The notes under the pieces: model-generated
The model's database searches: none
What the model was told of the DNA's origin: nothing
What the model saw: only the letters and a program-made list of their open reading frames with translations
DNA from: an uncultured Actinomycetota bacterium
GTDB taxonomy: Bacteria > Actinomycetota > Actinomycetes > Mycobacteriales > Mycobacteriaceae
Length of the DNA stretch: 64,000 nucleotides
Assembly (NCBI GenBank): GCA_963716465.1
Contig: CAVQTS010000010.1
Coordinates: 2,657-66,656 of the forward strand
Direction: 5' to 3'
Translations under genes and position numbers: made by a program
In this document: piece by piece, positions 49,325 through 58,901 of the stretch
Layout: each line of letters opens with the position of its first letter
Numbering within the stretch: the first letter of the stretch is position 1

Positions 49325-50926
49325 CTACCTGTCCCGTTGGATGAGATCCGCAGCGCGCCAAGCCATCGCCATCATCGGCCCGTTGAGGTTGCCTGCCACC
49401 ATGATGGGCATCACCGAGCAGTCGACGACGCGCAGATGATCGATCCCGCGGACCTTGAGTTCGCTATCGACCACGTCATCCTCGCCTGGTCCCATCGCGC
49501 AACTGCCGACGGCGTGGTAGCCGCAGTATCCTCCGTCCAACGCGGCGTCGGCGAGTTCCTCGTCACTCTGCGCTGACGGTCCTGGGTAGGTCTCGTGGCT
49601 GATGCGCTCGGCGATGGGGGACTGCTCGAAGATCGAGCGCATCTTGCGCATGAGGTTGGCCGTGGTCTCGCGGTCGTGGTCGCTGCCCAGATAGTTGGGA
49701 TCGATCCGCACCGGTGCGTCCGGGTCGTTGGCGGTGAGCTCGATACTGCCCTGTGCGGTCGGGCGCAGGACCATCCCAAGGCAGGACAGGCCGGGCTCGC
49801 GTTCGATGGCGACCGGCTCGCCGGTGTTGTAGGGCGGAATCGTCCACGGCCCGAGCAGCAACTGCCCGTCGACGCGTTCGGCATCCGGCCTGGACTTGAC
49901 GAAGGCCATGATGTCGAACGAAGGAGTGGCAAGTGGCCCTTTGCGGGTAGCGAGGTAGCGGGCTCCGGTGACGGCCTGGGCGAAACTGCTCGACAGCTTT
50001 CGGTTGTATCCGAGGTCCGCGTTGAGCCGGTATCGCAATGTGGCACAGCGGTGTTCACGCATCTTGCGGCCGACGTTGTCTCGTTCCACCTGGATCGGCA
50101 CGCCTGCGGCCTGTAGCACCTCGCGCGGGCCGATCCCGGACAGTTGCAGCAGCTTGGGACTGTTGAGGCTACCGAGTGAGACGATGACCTCGCGGGAGGC
50201 GCGAATCTCGCCGGTTCCCCTCTTGCCGGCGATCTCCAGCCCCACCGCGCGCCCGTTCTCGAGCAGGATGCGGCGCACCGTGGTGTTGGTCAGAACTGTC
50301 AGGTTCGGCCGGCGCAGTACGGGTTTCAGGAATGCGGTGGCGGCGCTGACCCGCCGCCCGCTTTTGATGGTCGACGTGGCGTAGCCGATGCGCTCGGCGT
50401 CGCTTTCGTTGATGTCCTGGACCTGGATCAGGCCGACTCTGGTGCCCGCGGCCATCATCTCCTCGCACAGCGGGTCGGGATCGCGCGGAACCGAGATGTG
50501 CAGAGGGCCGCCGACACCTCGGGTCGGGGAGGAGCCGAACTCGTTATCCTCGAACCCTTTGAAGATCGGCAGGATCTCGTCCCAGCCCCAGCCCTTGTTG
50601 CCCAGACGTTCCAGTTCGTCGTAGTCGGCGCGGTTGCCCCGGTTGTAGACCATGCCGTTGATCGAACTGGAGCCACCGATGACCCGGCCGCGCATCCACA
50701 TCTCGGTGTGTGGGTTCGGCCCGAACGGGGTGGTGGTGTGGTGCCACATGTACTTGTCGTTCTCGAACAACATCCCGGACCCCTTCGGGATGTGGAACAA
50801 CGGGTTGCGGTCACCGCCGCCCGCTTCGACCAGCAGCACCGAGACACCCGGATCGGCCGACAATCGGTTGGCCAATACACAACCCGCCGAGCCGGCGCCA
50901 GCGATGATGTAGTCGTAGGCGGTCAT
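49325..50926 (-). CDS. GMC-family oxidoreductase
   Basis: YDYIIAGAGSAGCVLANRL, RGRVIGGSSSING, YHAVGSCAMG, GNLNGP. Confidence 0.93.
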   Translation of the reverse strand: MTAYDYIIAGAGSAGCVLANRLSADPGVSVLLVEAGGGDRNPLFHIPKGSGMLFENDKYMWHHTTTPFGPNPHTEMWMRGRVIGGSSSINGMVYNRGNRADYDELERLGNKGWGWDEILPIFKGFEDNEFGSSPTRGVGGPLHISVPRDPDPLCEEMMAAGTRVGLIQVQDINESDAERIGYATSTIKSGRRVSAATAFLKPVLRRPNLTVLTNTTVRRILLENGRAVGLEIAGKRGTGEIRASREVIVSLGSLNSPKLLQLSGIGPREVLQAAGVPIQVERDNVGRKMREHRCATLRYRLNADLGYNRKLSSSFAQAVTGARYLATRKGPLATPSFDIMAFVKSRPDAERVDGQLLLGPWTIPPYNTGEPVAIEREPGLSCLGMVLRPTAQGSIELTANDPDAPVRIDPNYLGSDHDRETTANLMRKMRSIFEQSPIAERISHETYPGPSAQSDEELADAALDGGYCGYHAVGSCAMGPGEDDVVDSELKVRGIDHLRVVDCSVMPIMVAGNLNGPMMAMAWRAADLIQRDR

Positions 50927-50962
50927 GCGGCATTCCCTCGAACGAAGTTCTCTGGCACGGGG

Positions 50963-50978
50963 CTATACGATCGTATAG
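50963..50978. promoter_or_regulatory. perfect palindrome CTATACGATCGTATAG, putative TetR operator; 13/16 copy at 54506-54521
   Basis: Lies between divergent GMC and TetR genes; CTGTACGACTGTATAG lies upstream of the monooxygenase operon. Confidence 0.75.
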
Positions 50979-51033
50979 TATGGTCAACGGGGGGATCGGC
51001 ACGTCGAGTCATGCCGGGTAGCAAGATGAGCGA

Positions 51034-51615
51034 ATGACGTCTGCGGGCGCACGCCGAACCGAGAAGCTCCAGGCCATCCTTGCCGCCACTGAGCAACTCA
51101 TGCTCGAGCAGGGCTATGGCTCGGTCACCTACCGAAGCATCGCCGCGAAGGCCGGGGTGGCCGCCGGCCTGGTGCAGTACTACTTCCCGTCGCTGGACGA
51201 CCTCTTCGTCGCCGTCCTTCGCAATGGCACCGATCGGGTGATCGAAGGCCTCGAGGACGCCGCACGGTCCGAGCATCCGTTGCGTGCGCTCTGGGAGTAC
51301 GCCAATGACGGGAGCGGCACGGCGCTGTTGATGGAGTTCATGGCCCTCGCCAACCACCGACCGGTCGTCCGTGGCGTCATCGGCGAGGGTGGTGAGCGGG
51401 TCCGCAGGGTCGTCGTGGAGGCGGTCTCCGAGCGCTGGCCCGCCTACGGCCTCGACGAGGACGAGTTGCCTCCGACGGCGCTGGTATTCCTGTTGGGGGC
51501 CATTCCGCGAATGGTCCACCTGGAAGAAGGTCTGGGCACGTTCACTGGGCACGCGGAGACGGTCGCACTGGTCGAGCGATTCCTGAATCGGATCGAACCC
51601 GACGTCGCCGACTGA
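51034..51615 (+). CDS. TetR-family regulator
   Basis: GYGSVTYRSIAAKAGVAAGLVQYYFPS. Confidence 0.92.
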   Translation: MTSAGARRTEKLQAILAATEQLMLEQGYGSVTYRSIAAKAGVAAGLVQYYFPSLDDLFVAVLRNGTDRVIEGLEDAARSEHPLRALWEYANDGSGTALLMEFMALANHRPVVRGVIGEGGERVRRVVVEAVSERWPAYGLDEDELPPTALVFLLGAIPRMVHLEEGLGTFTGHAETVALVERFLNRIEPDVAD

Positions 51616-51707
51616 CCCGCAGCGCGCCCAGTTCGACTCCCAGGCTTGCGCTCTGCCTGCGGATATGATGTTCTTGTACAGATCACCAAACATCTTCGGA
51701 GGTCGGC

Positions 51708-52550
51708 ATGTCTGGAACTTCTCGTCCGATCGCTCCGGCCTTGGGCCTCGAAGTCACCGGTTTGACCACCGATGAGCTGGTCACACCGGAGGGCGCCCGG
51801 AAGGCTCAGGAAGCGCTCGATCGATACGGCGTCGTGGTCTATCGCGAGATCAACATCGACGATGACGACCTCCTCGCCTTGAGTCGGATGATGGGCACCC
51901 TTGTGGTCCAACCGACGGGTGAGCACAAGCACCCCGAGATCCAGACCATCACGCTGGATCCGACGAAGACCAACGCGCTGTTGGCGTCCTTTCGGCAGGG
52001 CAACTTCCACTGGCACATCGACGGCGCCACCGACGAGCGTCCGCAGAAGGGAACGCTGCTGACTGCGCGTGAGGTCGACCCCGCCGGCGGCGACACTGAG
52101 TTCGCCACCACCTATGCCGCCTACGAGGCGTTGTCAGATGGCGAGAAGGACGAGATCGACTCGCTCCAAGTGGTGCACAGCTTTGCCCACGCTCAGTCCC
52201 TGGCCAATCCCGACCCCTCCGCCGAGGAGCGTGCCGTCTGGAACCGGGTTCCTACGCGGGTGCACCCGCTGGTCTGGCGGCGCCGTAGCGGGCGCAAGTC
52301 TCTGCTACTGGGCGCGACCGCGGCCGAAGTCGTGGGCTGGCCCGCTGACAAGGGGCGGGAGTTGCTGGACCGGTTGCAGGATTGGTGCACGCAGCCGCGG
52401 TTCACTCTGCAGCACAAGTGGCACCGAGGTGATTTGGTGATGTGGGACAACACCGGAATGTTGCACCGCGCCTTGTCCTTCGAACCGTCCTCGGTGCGGC
52501 TGATGCACCGCACCACCCTGGTCGGCGAAGAGCCCGTCGCCGTCGCCTGA
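51708..52550 (+). CDS. TauD/TfdA-family Fe(II)/2-oxoglutarate dioxygenase
   Basis: WHIDG (HxD), GGDTEFA, WDNTGMLHRA. Confidence 0.92.
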   Translation: MSGTSRPIAPALGLEVTGLTTDELVTPEGARKAQEALDRYGVVVYREINIDDDDLLALSRMMGTLVVQPTGEHKHPEIQTITLDPTKTNALLASFRQGNFHWHIDGATDERPQKGTLLTAREVDPAGGDTEFATTYAAYEALSDGEKDEIDSLQVVHSFAHAQSLANPDPSAEERAVWNRVPTRVHPLVWRRRSGRKSLLLGATAAEVVGWPADKGRELLDRLQDWCTQPRFTLQHKWHRGDLVMWDNTGMLHRALSFEPSSVRLMHRTTLVGEEPVAVA

Positions 52551-52560
52551 CCTCGGGGTG

Positions 52561-53097
52561 CTACTGCGCCTCGGCGGAAAGTTCGGCGACGACCGCGCGA
52601 ACCTTGTCTGCCAGTTCTGCGTGTTCCCGCGGATGTACGCCGTTGAGTGTCTTCAGCGGAACCGAGAGCTTGATCGATTCGACAACTCGAGGGCCCGCGA
52701 TTGCGAACGACTTGCGCGTCTCGTCGTGCGCCCAGGTGCCGCCGTATGACCCGAGCGAGGCTCCGATCACGGCGAGTGGCTTGCCTTTCAGCGCGCCCTT
52801 ACCGTAGGGGCGCGACAGCCAGTCGATGGCGTTCTTGAGCACACCGGGGATGGTGGCGTTGTACTCCGGCGTGACGACCAGGACGGCGTCGGACTGCGCC
52901 GCGGCACGCCGCAGCGCAGTCACCGGTTCGGCGACATCTTCGCTGTCGATGTCCTCGTTGTAGAACGGCAACTCGCCGAGCCGGTCGAACAGTGTCAGCG
53001 TCACCCCGTCGGGGGCCACCTCGACGGCGAGTTCCGCCAGCTGCCGGTTGACCGACGCCGCGCGCAGACTTCCCAGCAAGACGAGGACGTGGGTCAT
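52561..53097 (-). CDS. NAD(P)H-dependent FMN reductase
   Basis: LLGSLRAASVN, TPEYNATIPGVLKNAIDW. Confidence 0.92.
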   Translation of the reverse strand: MTHVLVLLGSLRAASVNRQLAELAVEVAPDGVTLTLFDRLGELPFYNEDIDSEDVAEPVTALRRAAAQSDAVLVVTPEYNATIPGVLKNAIDWLSRPYGKGALKGKPLAVIGASLGSYGGTWAHDETRKSFAIAGPRVVESIKLSVPLKTLNGVHPREHAELADKVRAVVAELSAEAQ

Positions 53098-54470
53098 GGC
53101 GTGCTGAACATGCCTCGGTAGCCGAAGGCCGGGTGATGCCGCGAGATGTCCGGAGTGTCCGTGTCGAACAACTTCTGTCGCAACGTTCCCGGCCGGTACT
53201 CCTTCTGCATCAGGCCCTTCTCCTGAAGCGCCGGAACGACGTGTTCGAAGAATTCGTCGTAGCTGCCCGGCATCAGAATGTTCATGATCTGCACGCCGTC
53301 TACCCCCGCTGCCTGGTACTCGGCCAGCCGCGCGGCGATGGTCTCCGGAGACCCGACAACCATCTGGGGCAGCGACATTGTGGTCAGGAAGTCGTGGATC
53401 GTAGGCTTGGCCCCTGCCGGCCACGCGTTGATGATCGATCGGAAAGCGCCCTGAATGCCGGGGATTTCGTCGACCAGGTCCTCCAGTGGGGTTTGCGGAG
53501 CGTAACGTCCGAGGTCGGTGCCGGAAAGGCCGGCGAAGTAGGCGATCTGACCTTCCTGGCTGCGGTACTGCTCGAGGTCCTGCCACTTGCGGAAAGCCTC
53601 TTCGTCGGTCGATCCGACCACGAACATCAGGCCCTGCAGAAACAGAATGTCGCCGTCGCGTCGACCGTGCTTGCGCGCCATGGTGCGCACCGTGTCGATC
53701 TGCTGGGCGATCGTCTCAGGGGTGTACGCGGACAGGAACATCAATTCCGCATGCTTGCTGGCGAAGTCCAGTCCGACAGGCGACCCGCCGGCCTGCGCCA
53801 ACACCGGCGTGCGTTGCGGCGAGGGCTCCATGAGGTTGAATCCTTCGACGCTGTAGCGCTCTCCTTTGTGGTGGATGTCGTGGATCTTCGATGGATCGGT
53901 GTAGACGCCGCGAGACGGGTCGTCGACCACGGCGCCCTCATCCCAGGAGCCCTCCCAGAGTTTGTAGACGACGTCGACATACTCGTCGGCCCACTTGTAG
54001 CGTTCCTCGTGGGAAAGGTTACTCGGTAGTCCGAAGTTGCGGAACGCACGCTCGTTGGCCGATGTGACGATGTTCCAGCCGACCCGTCCGCCGCTGAGTT
54101 GATCCAGGGTCGAGACCTGGCGGGCGAACATGAACGGGTGCTGGGAGATGACCGAACTGGTGTAGAGGAATCCGATATCGGAGGTTTCGTGGGCTAGCGC
54201 CGGCACCAGCGTGGTGCAATCACCGATCGGGACGTTAACCGCCTGCTCGAAGACGATGTCGCGAGATTGGTTGAATTCGCCCTGGATTCCCAGGACATCG
54301 GTGAAAAAGAAGGCGTCGATCTTGGCCTGCTCGGCCTTCTTAGCCAGTTCCACCCAGAGATCGAACTTCTTGTATTCCCGATTGCGCGCCTGCGGATGCC
54401 GCCAGATCCCGTGGAAGTTGTGGCCGACGGAGTCCATCACCAACAAGGTGAAGATCATGCGTTTCGTCAT
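53094..54470 (-). CDS. NtaA/DszA-family flavin-dependent (LLM) monooxygenase
   Basis: AEQAKIDAFFFTD, LDQLSGGRVGWNIVTS, LWEGSW, PSPQRTPVLAQAG.S; overlaps the FMN reductase gene. Confidence 0.92.
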   Translation of the reverse strand: MTKRMIFTLLVMDSVGHNFHGIWRHPQARNREYKKFDLWVELAKKAEQAKIDAFFFTDVLGIQGEFNQSRDIVFEQAVNVPIGDCTTLVPALAHETSDIGFLYTSSVISQHPFMFARQVSTLDQLSGGRVGWNIVTSANERAFRNFGLPSNLSHEERYKWADEYVDVVYKLWEGSWDEGAVVDDPSRGVYTDPSKIHDIHHKGERYSVEGFNLMEPSPQRTPVLAQAGGSPVGLDFASKHAELMFLSAYTPETIAQQIDTVRTMARKHGRRDGDILFLQGLMFVVGSTDEEAFRKWQDLEQYRSQEGQIAYFAGLSGTDLGRYAPQTPLEDLVDEIPGIQGAFRSIINAWPAGAKPTIHDFLTTMSLPQMVVGSPETIAARLAEYQAAGVDGVQIMNILMPGSYDEFFEHVVPALQEKGLMQKEYRPGTLRQKLFDTDTPDISRHHPAFGYRGMFSTP

Positions 54471-54630
54471 ACGGTGACCTTCTGTCTCGTGTTAGGCGAT
54501 CTCGACTGTACGACTGTATAGCAAAGAAGTGCAAGCATGGCCAAGACGGGAATTTCCTTTGAGATCGCTTGCGTGCCAGATCTTCACACCACTGATGGGG
54601 GCTTGATAGTCCATCGCCTGTGCTACAGGC

Positions 54631-55638
54631 CTAACCGCCCGTGATTCGTTGTTCCCGGTAGAAACGGGCTGCTTTGCGCACGGACTCTTCGACGGGCTTC
54701 GGACTCCAACCCAGTTCGCGTTCTGCCTTACTGTGATCCAGCGGTGACATGACATCGGCCATGCGGATTCCGACGGTGGCGAACTTCAGGTCTTTACGCA
54801 CGAGTCGCGCCGCGAAGTCGTTGACGCGGGCTGCGGCGTACACGGCCTTCATCGGGACTGCGATGGTCGGAGGCCTTGCGCCGACGGCTTCGGCGGCGAC
54901 TTGATGTAGCTCGCGCTGGCTGACCATCCGGTCGGAGATGATGTACCGCTCTCCGATTCGGCCTTTGTCACCAGCCAGCACCATCGCGTGTGCGGCATCT
55001 TCGATACCGACGATCTCCATCGAGTTCTTGAAGTAGAAGGGCCATCTGCCGGCCGCGACGAGTGCCAACAGTCCGCCGTGCGGCGTCGGTTGCCAGTCCC
55101 TGGGACCGTAGGTGGTGGAAATGCACAACGCCACCGCCGGTAAGTCTTTGTCGCGGGCATATTGCAGGACGAGGCTTTCCGCCGCGACGCGCGACTCGAC
55201 GTAGGGCCCGCCACCGTGCCAGTCAAAGCGATCTGCCTCGGTGACCGGGGACCCATCGCCGATCGCAAGCGTGGCGATGGTGCTGGTGAACACAAAACGC
55301 TTGAGGTTGGCCTCGCATGCCGCGTCGAGGACGTGGCGCAGACCCTCGACGTTGGTGCGGAACAAAGGTGAGGGGTCACGAAGCCAGGCCCTGGCATCGA
55401 CCACACAGTAGTAGACGACATCGCAGTCGACCATCGCCGTCTGTAGTGCTTCGTCATCGAAGACGTCCCCGTAGACGCGTTCGACGTCGAGGTCGTCGAT
55501 GCCGCGGGTGGAACTCGTTTTTCGGAGCATCACGCGGACATCGTCGCCACGCTCGACGAGCTGCCGGGTGACGTGGGAGCCCAGAAACCCGCTGGCGCCG
55601 ATGACCAACTTCTTCGACGTCAACTTTTCCCCGCTCAC
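54631..55638 (-). CDS. NAD-dependent epimerase/dehydratase (extended SDR)
   Basis: VIGASGFLGSHV, TNVEG, YVESR, TTYGP. Confidence 0.9.
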   Translation of the reverse strand: MSGEKLTSKKLVIGASGFLGSHVTRQLVERGDDVRVMLRKTSSTRGIDDLDVERVYGDVFDDEALQTAMVDCDVVYYCVVDARAWLRDPSPLFRTNVEGLRHVLDAACEANLKRFVFTSTIATLAIGDGSPVTEADRFDWHGGGPYVESRVAAESLVLQYARDKDLPAVALCISTTYGPRDWQPTPHGGLLALVAAGRWPFYFKNSMEIVGIEDAAHAMVLAGDKGRIGERYIISDRMVSQRELHQVAAEAVGARPPTIAVPMKAVYAAARVNDFAARLVRKDLKFATVGIRMADVMSPLDHSKAERELGWSPKPVEESVRKAARFYREQRITGG

Positions 55639-56078
55639 TTCTCGCCTGAGGAGGCAGGATCGGGCAGGGGGTTGACGAAGAACGTGCTTTCCTCTCGGAG
55701 TTCCTTGCTGCGCCACCCCTCAGGGGTTCGGACAAGGACATGGTGGTAGTAGCCGCCGCAACAACTCAGGCCGGGGTTGCCGGGCAGCTGCATGGGGTTG
55801 AGGAACATGGCCCGCACATGTGCAGTGTCACCGCGGATTTCACTTTCGATGTTGGTGATGTAGTGCTGTTTCATCGGTAGTAGGGCAAGCGAAACACTCA
55901 GCCATTGGGCCACGTCGTCTCGGGTACCCGCGATCCCGCCGGACGCAACGTAGTCGACCGTGGCGTCTTCGGTGAACAATGAGCGCCACAATTCCCAGTC
56001 TTCGGTGTCGACCGCCCGGGCATAGCGTGCAAGCAGTGCGGCGATGTCAAGCTGATCTTGGACATGCTGAATATCCAT
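55635..56078 (-). CDS. SnoaL/NTF2-like protein
   Basis: LLARYARAVDTEDW, HYITN, GGYYH...GWR. Confidence 0.88.
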   Translation of the reverse strand: MDIQHVQDQLDIAALLARYARAVDTEDWELWRSLFTEDATVDYVASGGIAGTRDDVAQWLSVSLALLPMKQHYITNIESEIRGDTAHVRAMFLNPMQLPGNPGLSCCGGYYHHVLVRTPEGWRSKELREESTFFVNPLPDPASSGEK

Positions 56079-56161
56079 GGGGTTCCTTCAGTGCAGTAGG
56101 GATGAATCGACCACCACGTTGGATCTGGTGGTCGAGATTGGGAACGAGCAGATTGCGCGCG

Positions 56162-56824
56162 TCAGCGCGATCGGGCGCGGAGCTTCTTCGATGCAGCGGC
56201 GCCGCGGAAGAAACGCCCTTCGATAAGCAGCTTCAATGCTTGAACGGTGGCGTGATATTCGGCGGTTGGCGCCAGGGCTGCATGGTCGTTGAGGCCCCGG
56301 ATTATCGTGTAGATGGCGTTCGAAGCGCTCTGTACATCGAGTTCTGGTGCCAGTGTGCCGTCTGCTTGCGCTTCTTCGATGATCTTGACGATCAGGGTGT
56401 GCAGGGTGACCGTCATCGACATCGCGTCGCTGTTGAGCAGCTCGATGTCTGATTTGCGTTCCGTACGCAAAGCCCGGTCGAAGGCAGCGACGTACGGATA
56501 ATCGCTCACCACCGCGTCGCATTCGTCGAGCACGGCCATCAACTTCTGCAGCGCAGTGCCACCGCGCCCAGAGGCTCGTACTAACCGTGGAACAGTCAGC
56601 TCGGCGAATTCGGCGACTGTCACCTTCATGAGTTCGGACTTGTTCGGAAAGTAGTGGTAGAGACTGCCACTCGTCATCTGCGCGACACGTGCGATCTCGC
56701 GGATGGTGGCCTGCGAGTAGCCGACCTCTGCCACGCAGCGCATGGTGGCCTCGATGATGCGCTGCCGTGTTTCCTCGCCGCTGGAGCCGACCGGCCTGCC
56801 CAGAAGGGCTGGGGTGGTGGACAC
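56162..56824 (-). CDS. TetR-family regulator
   Basis: VGYSQATIREIARVAQMTSGSLYHYFPNK. Confidence 0.92.
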   Translation of the reverse strand: MSTTPALLGRPVGSSGEETRQRIIEATMRCVAEVGYSQATIREIARVAQMTSGSLYHYFPNKSELMKVTVAEFAELTVPRLVRASGRGGTALQKLMAVLDECDAVVSDYPYVAAFDRALRTERKSDIELLNSDAMSMTVTLHTLIVKIIEEAQADGTLAPELDVQSASNAIYTIIRGLNDHAALAPTAEYHATVQALKLLIEGRFFRGAAASKKLRARSR

Positions 56825-56888
56825 GGTTCCCCCTAGGTCGGCGTGCGTTCTCAGTACATTTTGTCATGTGGTCGGGGGTGTGGGTGAA

Positions 56889-58506
56889 CTAGCTGGCCGG
56901 GTTCGCCACCGGGCGTTCGCTGGCGGACATCGCCGCATGCTCGCCCGCACGTTTGCCGGAGAACACGCAGTCCGCCAGTGCCAGGCCGCTGACATAGCTG
57001 TTGGAACAGATCCCCACCGCGGTACGTCCCGCGGCGTACAGCCCTGGGATCGTGTCACCGCTGGCGTTCAAGACCAGACCGCTTATTCCATCGACCTTCA
57101 GTCCGCCGAGCGTGAGCCCCGGCACCGGGTAGGTGAGGGACGGGCGGATAGAGATATCGATGCCGTAGAACGGCGCCTGCACGATGGGTGCGCATAGCTC
57201 CGACGCCTTGTGGGCGGGATCCTCGGTACCTGAGGCGATGGCGTCGTTGTAGGCCTTGACGGTGGCCGCCAGTCCCGACGTGGAGATCCCGAGTTTGCCG
57301 GCGAGCTCGGCGAGGGTGGCCGCCTTGCGGTGACCCGTGGTGAACAGCGCCGCTATCTGCAGTCTCAGAATCGATTCGGCCTGGTCCAGCGCTTGAGCCC
57401 GTGCCCGGTTCCAAATATCCGAATCCACGATCAGAAAGCCTTTGCCGCCGAACTTATGGATCATGACATCGAAATGTGTTGCTCCATAGAGATCCTCGTT
57501 GGCTATCCGGTCTCCGTTGATCCCGACGGTGATCCCCTCGATCAGGGCGGATGGTGGAGTCAGCAGGCGCCAGCCGGTGACACGGTCGAGTTTGCCCGTG
57601 GCGCCGCCCGCGGAGACTCCCAGCTCGATGCCCGCACCGTCGTCCGCCCGCGTGCCGAGCGGGCGGATCTGTTGGAACGCAGGTGCATAACGCCGAAGCA
57701 TGTCTTGGTTGAACGCGAATCCACCGGCCGCGAGAATGACACTCGTCGCGGTGAAGGTCCGCGGTTGCGCGCGTCGTTGCCACATCTTGTCGGCCAGATC
57801 GGTGATGGGGTGGCCGATCGGCGGCATCCAATTGGTGAGTTTTGCTCCCACTGCCGTCGTGCGCCCGTATAGCGCCTGCGCAAGGCGATCGCCATCGGAC
57901 CATGTCCGGCAACGGATTCCGCAGACTCGTCCGTCGACGATCACCAGCTCATCCACCAGGGTTCGCGGCAGGAACGTAACACCGAGGCGCAGCGCGGAAT
58001 CGCGGAGACACCGCCATAGATCCCGTCCCGATTTCGTCCCGGTGGCGATCTGCCGATGACCACGCGGGGCGGGTCTGGCGTGCAACTTGTACGGGTACGC
58101 CTTCTCGTTTCCCGAGAAGTACAGGTAGTGCTTGGTCGGGTAGGACGTCTTGTACGGGCACAGCGAGGATTCGAACTTGGCTCCATGCGCCTCGAGCCAG
58201 GCAAGCTGGTTGGCGCTGTGCTCGCAGAATCGCCGTAGGGTCGCATCATCGACGACGCCCTGTACCTCTTGCCGCAGATAGTCGAACATGTTGTCGGCGT
58301 CGTCGTCATAGCCGGCAGCCACCTGATACGGCGTTCCACCGCCGGCGTAGACGACGCCGCCGGACACCGCCGACGCGCCGCCTCCGAGCGCCCGGTCGAC
58401 GACGAGCACTCGTGCGCCGGTGCTCGGCTGCTGCTATGGCGGCGCACGCTCCGGCGGCCCCGAAGCCAACGACGATGACGTCGAAGTCACGATCTGGAGT
58501 GGCCAT
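56889..58506 (-). CDS. FAD-binding oxidoreductase (3-ketosteroid dehydrogenase/fumarate-reductase flavoprotein-like); +1 frameshift near 58419-58420
   Basis: DVIVVGFGAAGACAA, then in another frame VLVVDRALGGGASAVSGG; LAAGGF, TLGGL, IPGLYAAG, YVSG; span 1618 = 3n+1. Confidence 0.85.
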
Positions 58507-58897
58507 CAGCATCTCCTTGGTCATGGTTGTCGGGTGTCTTGGCCACAGTGACGCCCGGCTTGCGCACGGTGATGGTGCCGTTGCTCCGCAGTTGGCACGC
58601 TAGCCGTATCCGGCGGGGATCCACCCGCCGGACGCGGCGGCGTGAGAGGTCGGCCAGTAACCGTTCCTCGGGCTCGGTACGGGGGGAGAGCAGATGCGCC
58701 CCCTCGAGCACCTCGCAGCTGCAGGCGGTACACTCGCCTACTCCGAAACATAGTGTCGGCCAATGGTATCCGCATCGCCACGCCGCCTGGATGAGTGTCT
58801 CGCCGGGCCGGATGTCGATGACGAGACCGGCGGGATCCACCCGTGCCAGGGTCGGGGAACCGGCCGATTCGTCATCGTCGGTGCTGCGTGGGTCCAC
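58487..58897 (-). CDS. 2Fe-2S ferredoxin (putidaredoxin-type spacing); start uncertain
   Basis: CFGVGECTAC (C-x5-C-x2-C) and RLACQ. Confidence 0.85.
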   Translation of the reverse strand: MDPRSTDDDESAGSPTLARVDPAGLVIDIRPGETLIQAAWRCGYHWPTLCFGVGECTACSCEVLEGAHLLSPRTEPEERLLADLSRRRVRRVDPRRIRLACQLRSNGTITVRKPGVTVAKTPDNHDQGDADGHSRS

Positions 58898-58901
58898 AGA
58901 T

